A stretch of 29,681 nt of DNA, from positions 7,721,028 to 7,750,708 of the forward strand of contig NC_057719.1 in assembly GCF_004010195.1 (NCBI RefSeq), read 5' to 3'. Under the pieces are notes generated by a model. It was not told the DNA's origin. It did no database searches and saw nothing but the letters and a program-made list of their open reading frames with translations. Shown piece after piece: positions 22,909 to 29,681 of the stretch (the first letter of the stretch is position 1; every line of letters starts with the position of its first letter). The DNA comes from Chiloscyllium plagiosum. Lineage: Eukaryota. The position numbers and the translations under genes were made by a program.

Positions 22909-23824
22909 TGGCAGAATCCATTTAGTTAGGTTTGAAAAGTCAAAATGGAATGATCACATTCCTGGGGGCATTCTATAGACCTCCAAATAGCAAGAGAGAT
23001 ACAAGAGCAAGTCTTCAGGCATGTCAGAGGGACGGGCAAGAGCAATAGAGTGATGTTACTGGGGGATTTTAATTCTCATTGAATTCGAGAACCAGGTCAA
23101 ATGTCAAAAGTTGAGAGGAAAATGTGATTTGAAAAGAGAGATTGTGAGAACAGAATGACATGGAACAGAATGGTTAACATAAAACATAATCTCCAAATGG
23201 TGCAAACCCATCCAAATAACAAGAGGTGGGAGGGGTCCTATTTGGATTAAGGAGAGTGATAGAAACTTAGGGGCACAGGGAAAGGCTAGGATAGTTAATA
23301 AGTAGCTTTACAAAGGAAGAGAATGCTGACAAAATATTTGTAAAAGGGGCATAAGTAATGAACATAGACGGAATACTAGAAAGACGAGCTAAGTTCAGAG
23401 TCTGGATGGCTTGCATCCAAGGCTGCTGAAAGAAATGAGATGGAAATAGTAAAAGGGTTTGTAATAATCTCCCAATCTTCCCCAGTACAGGGATGGAGAG
23501 AATTGTAACCTGGCAAACAAGTCACCCATGATCTAGAAATAAACTACTACCCTGAAACATTCCCTCCACGCTATGCGGCTGCTGGAAAGTTCAACACACA
23601 TTGTTTGGCCTATCGATGATGGCTTCCAGAAACTGCCGCTGTGCAAGGACCTCCAATGGAAGGGAACATTGCAGCCCAGTCAATTTAAGCATAGGTTGTG
23701 GGTTAAAGTTTGAGAAATACTAATCGAGGTTAAAGGCATCAACAGTTAATCAGAGAGGTTTGAGTTCATCAAGGTAGGCCAGAACAGATTTGAGAAAGGC
23801 AGATCGTGGTTGACTAAAATTAAA

Positions 23825-24010
23825 CAAAGCATTGCGAATGCTGAAGAGCTTAACAAAAACAGAAATTGCTGGAGAAACTCAGCAGGTCTGACAGCATCTG
23901 TGGAAAGAAAGCATTTAATGTTTCAAGTCCAGTGATGTTAACTCCGCTTTCTCTCCACAGATGCTGCCAGACCTGCTGAGTTTCGCCAGCTATTCCTGTT
24001 TTTATTTTGT
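23825..24010. mobile_element. Fold-back copy of the hammerhead-associated repeat tail
   Basis: 58-bp inverted arms at 23855-23912 and 23946-24003 (53/58 by hand) with a 33-nt spacer. Confidence 0.8.
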
Positions 24011-24014
24011 GTTT

Positions 24015-24745
24015 GACTTGGGTAGTGATGTAGAACAGAGAGGCCTAGGAGTTCAGGCACATAATTCATTTACGTTTGTGTCACATGTAGAGAGGGTGGT
24101 TAAGAAGACATTTAGCATACTTACCTTTATTGCTCAGACCTTTTGACTACAGGAATTGGGGTGTCATGTGAAGGTTGGACAGGACATTGGTGAAGCCACT
24201 TCTTGAGAACTGTGTGCAGTTCTAGTCACCCTGTTATTGGAAGGATATCATTAAACTAGAGAGGGCCCAGAAAATATTTACCAGATGTTGCCGGGTATGG
24301 AGTGTGAGAGTTTTAAAAATAAGTTGGATAGGTTGGGACTTTTTTCACTACAGCTTAGGAAGTTGAGTGGTGATCTTATAGAGATTTATAAAATCATGAG
24401 GGACATAGATAAGGTGAATAGCAAAGGTCTTTTCCCTAAGGTGGGGGAACTCAAAACGAGAGGGCATATTTTTAAGAGGAGAGGAGAAAGATTCGTAAAG
24501 GACATGAGGGGCAACATTTTTTTTACACAGAGAGTGATTCGTGTCTGGAATGAATTGCCAGAAGAAGTGGTGGATGCAGGTACAGGTACAATGATAAAGG
24601 ACATTTGAATAAGTTATTGTATAGGAAAGATTTGGATGGATATGAGCCAAGCACAAGCAGGTGGGACTAGTTTGCTTTGGGAACATGGTCGGCGTGGACA
24701 AGTTGGACTGAGGGGTCTGTTTCTATGCTGTATGACTCTATGACT
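24015..24745 (+). mobile_element. CR1 LINE 3' fragment
   Basis: EQRGLGVQAH, MLPGME, GDLIEIYKIMRDIDKV and WNELPEEVVDAGT motifs, with tail tatgactctatgact. Confidence 0.92.
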
Positions 24746-25289
24746 AATCTAATTGAATTTTTTGCTGAAGGGAATGCCATGAACATTATCTCAGATGGAT
24801 ATCAAGGAAGTGCATTGTGGATTATGCTGATTTTTCAAACTGAAGCATGGTAAGTCGTGGTGTTCCTCAAGGGACAGTGTAGGAGCACTGATTATTGAGA
24901 TGTAAAAATGATTTCGATACTGAGTACAAAGTAATATTTCAAAATTATCTGATAATATTAAACTTGGAAGAATGGTAAACTAGAACAAGACCAATTAATT
25001 GCAACAAGACGCAAATTGACTGGCAGTCAAGTGCAGATGGAATTTAATACAAAGAAGAGAAGGGTGGGAATATTTTGATTTAATGGCATGGTCCTAAATA
25101 GGATACAAGTACAGGGGGATCTGGGAGACAATAATAGCAAAGCACTGGAATCTTGTACCTAGCAAATGGAGAAGCCAGTACAAAAACAGAGATGTTGTGC
25201 TGAACCTGTATTAAGTTTTGGTTAGACCGCAACTAGAGTATTGTGTCCAATTCTAGTTCAGGAAGGACGTTGAGGTTCCTTACAAGATA

Positions 25290-25520
25290 CTTGGGAAAAC
25301 TATCACCTGCAAGTTCCTTCCAAGCCACTCGCCATCCTGACGTGAAAATATATTGCCATTCCTTCACTGTCGCTGGGTTTCCTGGAATTCCCTCCCTCAG
25401 GACATTGCAGGGTCAATCTATAGCGTATGGACTGCGCTGGTTGAAGAAAGCACCTTCTCCAGGAGGAATAGGCAATTAATGCAGGCCCAGACAGTGACAT
25501 CCACATCCTCCAATTAATTT
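25290..25520 (+). mobile_element. 3' end of the same LINE family as 15760-17825
   Basis: cacctgcaagttcc.tc.aagccactc...atattgccattccttcactgt matches 17600-17760. Confidence 0.8.
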
Positions 25521-25734
25521 TGACAAAAATATATCCAAGCCTTCTGCCTAGAAAACTGCAGGTGCTGGAATCCAAAGTAGACAAGCTTGTCTGCTTTGGT
25601 ACATGCCTGGCTGCTATCTTATTCGGAATCCTGAGAGAAAGCTGTTGTTGAAGGAGGAACTTCTTTACCCAAAGAATTGTGAAATTCCGTGCCCAGTGAA
25701 GCAGTTGAGGCTACCTCATTGGATTTTATTTTTA

Positions 25735-26023
25735 TTAGATTCCCTACAGTGTGGAAACAGGCCCTTCTGCCCAACAAGTCCACACTGACCCTCCGAAGAG
25801 TAACCCACCACCCTCTGACTAACACACCTAACCTATGGGCAATTTAGCAAGGCCAATTCACCTGACCTGCATATCTTTGGACTGTGGACTGTGGGAGGAA
25901 ACCCACACAGACACGGGGAGAATGTGCAAACTCCACACAGACAGTTGCCTGAGGGCAGAATTGAACCTGGGACCTTGGTGCTGTGAAGCAGCAGTGCTAA
26001 CCACTGAGCCACCATGCCACCCC
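25735..26023 (-). mobile_element. HE1 (V-SINE)
   Basis: Reverse-complement head, V-domain (with a small deletion) and tail. Confidence 0.9.
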
Positions 26024-26259
26024 ACAGTTGAGCATTTTTCAGGGAAGGATAGTAAAGGAATTAAGGGTAATGGTGAGAAGGTGGGTAAGTGGAGCTTGGT
26101 CCAAGAAAAGATCAGCCGTGATCTTATTGAATGGCAGAGCAGACTTCATGGGTCAAATGGCTCATAGTTCTTCCGTTCTCAACAGGCAGCCTGCGCTCCA
26201 ACTCTCAGTCAATGCAATGCTGAAGGTTTTGAGAACATGGTTGAGAAAGTTAAAATTAG

Positions 26260-26540
26260 AAAATAAACAGAGGATGCTGGAAAACAGAAAAAAAACCCTC
26301 CGAAATTGCAGGAGAAACTCAACTCTGAAGAACTGAATAAGTGTGACTGGACCCGAAGGGTTAACTCTGCTTTCTGTCCACAGATGCTGCCAGACCAGCT
26401 GAGTTTCTCCAGCAATTTCTGAGTTTGTTTCTGTTGAAATTATATTTTAAAAACCGAAAGAACTGCCAGAAATCAGAAACAAAAACAGAAATCGCTGGAA
26501 AAGGCCCAGCAGCATCTGTGGAGAGGAAATGGTTAATGCA
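26260..26540. mobile_element. Cluster of three alternating-orientation fragments of the hammerhead-associated repeat
   Basis: Minus 26260-26335, plus 26335-26435 (decayed core ggacccgaagggttaact) and minus 26455-26540. Confidence 0.65.
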
Positions 26541-26797
26541 AGGAATCCCTGAGCTCACCGGTGTGCGAACACCTTACCCCAACCCCCGCAGCTACACAGA
26601 GTGGTTTGAAGACAAAGTTTACAAAGTGCTCCTGTGTTCCAATGGATGCTTCAATATCCATCCTCTCAGACTGCCTCTCCCCTTGTGCATCCAAACCAGG
26701 CGCCACTCCAGTGCAGAAACAGTGTGGGGCAGGCGGTTAGTGCAGAAATGGGGTTAATGGGCAATCCAGCCGTTTTACCGACAATGCATCCATCAAA

Positions 26798-26829
<32 letters not shown>
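26798..26829. repeat. Compound microsatellite (CT)7(CA)9
   Basis: Read directly from the sequence, about 145 nt into TSHR intron 1. Confidence 0.95.
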
Positions 26830-26972
26830 TTGTTCCTGTCCAGTCAATTCCCAAGCTGCAGGTAAACTCTGGGGAGGGGTGGAGGGGAACAGACTGGGGA
26901 AAGGTCGGTCACATTAACTCTCTGCGGATCAAAAAAAAAGGTTGTTTCAAAAAGGGACAGCAAGGTACTCAC

Positions 26973-27139
26973 ATCTTCTCGGTGTTCAGGGGAAAGGACG
27001 GGATGTGATCGATGAATTTGCAGGTTATCTGGAAAATATTCCACCCTGAGCATTCGCACACACTGGGGCAGCGATCGGCGGCGCTCAGTCGCAGGGAGAC
27101 AGTTGTAATCACCAACACTGGCAGATCCTGCACTTTCAT
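26973..27139 (-). CDS. TSHR: Thyrotropin receptor, coding exon 1 (signal peptide + N-terminal cysteine cap)
   Basis: ATG at 27139 has A at -3 and follows an in-frame TAA (27166-27164). It encodes MKVQDLPVLVITTVSLRLSAA-DRCPSVCECSGWNIFQITCKFIDHIPSFPLNTEK, matching the TSHR pattern C..CEC....F..TCK.I..IPS.P..T. The exon ends GAG AAG AT|GTGAGT (phase-2 donor) after 167 coding nt and splices in frame to exon 2. Confidence 0.93.
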
Positions 27140-27580
27140 CCTCCTGATCAATGCCACTCGATTTTAGTTTTGGTTTGTGCACGGCTGTGGCTTCCTTTCT
27201 CTTTCCGCACTCTCTCGCTTTAAAGTTTCCCCTCTTCAAACTGAATAGCTGCGAATCCCCAATTGCCCCCAGAGGTGGTTTTCTCTGCCTCTCAGCGCCA
27301 GGAGCTTTTACACGGGGCAGACTCTCTCAGTTTCACGCAGCAAGGCGAGCACTGAGAGAGTGTGTTCCAGAGCCTGCACACTGACAGACAGGTCATCTCC
27401 CATCGACCATTACAAGAAGAAAGTCAATTTTTTTTTCAAAATAAAAACCCAGTTAAAACTTAAAGAGCACAAGACTGAGTTTATGATAAAGCATGTTTGC
27501 TTTTCATAAGGAAACCAACAGCCTGTTTTCAAATCATAGAAAAGTTACAGCCATCCAACCTCTGAATAAACTGATTCTAA
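27140..27580 (-). promoter_or_regulatory. Probable TSHR 5' UTR and proximal promoter
   Basis: Repeat-free stretch directly upstream of the start codon, with visibly more CpGs than the intron. No minus-strand ATG occurs between 27140 and about 27393. The TSS cannot be placed and there is no clear TATA box. Confidence 0.55.
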
Positions 27581-29098
27581 TCTTATTCATTCACGGAATG
27601 TGGATATTATTGCCCAGGCCAACGTGTATTAGCTATCCCCAACTGCCCAGAGAGCAGTTAAGAGTAAACCAACATTGCTTCAGGTCTCCATTGTTGGCCA
27701 GACTGGGGAAAGGTGGAAGATTTCCTTCCCCAAAGGTCATCAGTGAACCAGATGGGCTTTTACTAACAATTGTCAACAGTCTCATGGTCATCATTAGACT
27801 TTATTTTAAACAAAATTGAATTCAAATTCCACCATCTGCCATCACGGATATTTGAGCCCAGATCCCCAGGACATTACAGTGGATGTGGTGTATATGGACT
27901 TCATCAAGGCATTTGAGAGGGTTCCCCATGGTAGGCAAATTCATAAAGTCAGGAAGTATTGGATACAAGGAAATGTGGCTATCTGGATTCAGAATTGGCT
28001 GGCTGACAGAAGGCAGAGAGTGGTTGTAGATGGAAAGTATTCTGCCTGGAGGTCAGTGTTGAGTGGGGTCCCGCAGGGCTCTGTTCTTGGGCCTCTGCTC
28101 TTTGTAGTTTTTATAAATTACGTGGATGAGGAGGTTGCGGGGTTCCTTAGTAAATTTGCAGATGACACAAAGCTTGGTGGTGTCGTCGATAGTATAGAGG
28201 GCTACTGTAGGCTGCAGCGCGACATAGACAGGATGCAGAGCTCGGCTGAGAAATGGCAGATGGAGTTCAACCTGGATAAATGCAAAGCGATGCAATTTGG
28301 AAGGTCACACTCGAATGCTGAATATAGGATTAAAAACAGGATTCTTGGCAGTGTGGAGGAACAGAGGGATCTGGGTGTGCAAGAACATAGATCCCTCAAA
28401 GTTGCCACCCAAGAAGATAGGGTTGTTAAGAAAGCATGTGGTGTTTTGGCTTTCATTAACAGGGGGATCGAGTTCAAGAGCCGTGAGGTTTTGCTGCAGC
28501 TCTACAAGTCCCTGGTGAGACCACACTTGGAATATTGTGTCCAGTTCTGGTCGCCCTACTATAGGAAAGATACAGAGGCTTTGGAGAGGGTGCGAAGAAG
28601 GTTTAACAGGATGCTGCCTGGACTGGAAGGCTTGCATTATGAAGAAAGGCTGAATAAGCTTGGACTTTTTTCTCTGGAGAGAAGGAGGAAGAGAGGAGAC
28701 CTGATCGAGGTGTACAAAATAATGAGAGGAATAGATAGAGTCAATAGCCAGAGACTTTTCCCCATGGCAGGATTGACTGGTACGAGGGATCATAGTTAGA
28801 AGATATTAGGAGGAAGGTATAAAGGAGACGTCAGAGGTAGGTTCTTTACACAGAGAGTTGTGAATGCATGGAATGCGTTGCCAGTGGTTGTTGTGGAAGC
28901 AGAGTCATTGGGGACATTTAAGCAACTGCTGGACTTGCACATGAATAGCAGTGAGTTGAGGGGTGCGTCGGTTAAGTTACTATGTTTTACATGAGGATTA
29001 AATCTCGGCACAACATCGTGAACCAAAGGGCTTGCTCTATGTTCTATTACCAGGATCACTGGATTAATGGTGTAGTGATAATACCACAAGGCTATTTA
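27580..29098 (-). mobile_element. tRNA-derived SINE (27580-27877 + 29051-29098) split by a CR1 insertion
   Basis: The minus strand has an A-box-like agccttgtggta at ~29090 and a B-box-like ggctcaaatatc at ~27855. Its 3' tail resembles the LINE tail at 25470-25520. Confidence 0.65.
27878..29045 (+). mobile_element. Young 5'-truncated CR1 LINE (RT domain to 3' end)
   Basis: Long open frame VDVVYMDF.KAF, GVPQGSVLGPLLF, KFADDTKLGG, LVRPHLEYCVQFWSP, with one premature TAG at 28797-28799. ATTAC flanks it at 27873-27877 and 29046-29050. Confidence 0.95.
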
Positions 29099-29166
29099 TT
29101 AGCTCCCTTTTCAGCAGCTGGTCTGCAGTCTTGCAGTTTACAGTGCTTCAGGGGTAGATCAGGTTG

Positions 29167-29459
29167 CGTTTAAATGAATTGAAGAAATCACCAAACTGGA
29201 CAAAAAATTCCAGACTAGGAGAAAGTGAGCACTGCAGATGCTGGAGATCAGAGTTGAAGAGCGTGGTGTTGGAAAAAGCACGTCAGGTCAAGCAGCATCT
29301 TCATTCCTTTGAACGTTTAAATGAATTGAAGAAATCACCAAACTGGACAAAAAATTCCAGACTAGGAGAAAGTGAGCACTGCAGATGCTGGAGATCAGAA
29401 TTGAAGAGTGTGGTGTTGGAAAAGCACGTCAGGTCAAGCAGCATCTTCATTCCTTTGAA
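29167..29459. repeat. 147-bp tandem duplication
   Basis: 29167-29313 and 29314-29459 differ by two substitutions and one A-run indel. Confidence 0.95.
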
Positions 29460-29681
29460 GAGCTTATGCTCAAAATGTTGACTGTCCTCTGCTCGGATGC
29501 TGCCTGACCAGCTGTGCTTTCCTAGCATCTCTGGATCAGTGGTGCTGGAAGAGCACAGCATCCGAGGACAGGCAAAATCGACGTTTCGGGCAAAAGCCCT
29601 TCATCAGGAATAAAGGCAGAGAGCCTGAAGCGTGGAGAGATAAGCTAGAGGAGGGTGTGGGTGGGGATAGAGTAGCATAGA
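29218..29681. mobile_element. Rearranged cluster of the Penelope-type repeat family also seen at 11466
   Basis: gagaaagtgag.actgcagatgctggagatcaga ends with fragments in both orientations. It runs off the window end. Confidence 0.75.
29576..29611 (-). ncRNA. Minimal type I hammerhead ribozyme motif with intact catalytic core
   Basis: Minus strand AUUC-CUGAUGA-A-GGGC(UUUU)GCCC-GAAA-C-GUC|GAUU. All core nucleotides, a 4-bp stem II, the palindromic ACGU stem III and a GUC cleavage triplet are present. Stem I is short with one U-U pair. Confidence 0.75.

Larger units (their letters stand above)
20700..26180 (+). mobile_element. Old, heavily fragmented CR1 spanning ORF1 end to 3' UTR, with many nested insertions
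   Basis: Remnants are collinear: ORF1 esterase-like piece (20700-20890), APE start (22480-22700), FYRPPNS and GDFN (22970-23072), S.LTNLIEFF split between 23817 and 24741, GVPQG (24859), LVRPQLEYCVQF (25218), 3' end (25648-26180). That they belong to one copy is an inference. Confidence 0.55.
823..26972 (-). other. TSHR: TSHR intron 1 (26,150 nt, GT-AG)
   Basis: Bounded by GTGAGT at 26972 and CAG ending at 823. Joining the exons gives AT+C = Ile in frame. I saw no other convincing exon inside. Confidence 0.88.

Noticed and set aside
23510..23665. RTE-clade LINE fragment
   Set aside because: There is only a faint resemblance across frameshifts, which is insufficient without a profile search.
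27140..27157. N-terminal extension MALIRR of TSHR from the ORF track
   Set aside because: It begins at GTG. The ATG at 27139 has a good context and gives the expected signal-peptide length.
26844..27239. 131-aa minus-strand ORF overlapping exon 1
   Set aside because: It is an alternative frame with a non-ATG start and no recognisable motif. The TSHR frame explains the region.
27264..27278. CTCF site near the promoter (tgcccccagaggtgg)
   Set aside because: The spacing departs from the consensus core and needs several mismatches.
27816..28799. 327-aa ORF as a host gene or domesticated reverse transcriptase
   Set aside because: It is a 5'-truncated CR1 ORF2. The start lies in the flanking SINE, there is a premature stop, and a LINE tail and TSD are present.
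29164..29481. ORF with a 49-aa repeat
   Set aside because: It is a by-product of the 147-bp DNA duplication of non-coding repeat sequence.

Overview
This is repeat-rich cartilaginous-fish (shark) genomic DNA. HE1/V-SINEs and HER1-like CR1 LINEs point to an elasmobranch; a carpet or bamboo shark is only a guess. The only host gene I can support is the 5' end of the thyrotropin receptor gene (TSHR) on the minus strand. It has coding exon 1 (27139-26973), a 26,150-nt intron 1 and the 72-nt exon 2 (822-751), with canonical phase-2 GT/AG junctions. Spliced product: MKVQDLPVLVITTVSLRLSAADRCPSVCECSGWNIFQITCKFIDHIPSFPLNTEK-I-RFMETQLKTIPAEAFTNLPNISR. Most of the rest is nested retroelement debris: CR1, L2-like and another CR1-group LINE, HE1 SINEs, Deu-domain SINEs, a tRNA-SINE and a Penelope-like element (RT plus GIY-YIG). 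The most notable signal is a set of at least eight minimal hammerhead-ribozyme motifs from several Penelope-type short-repeat families. Their stems differ in sequence but keep pairing. Several sit in short fold-back insertions bounded by 10-16 bp target-site duplications, and one copy about 2.4 kb upstream of TSHR has an intact core. Repeat family names come from recalled consensus sequences rather than a search, and repeat boundaries are approximate.
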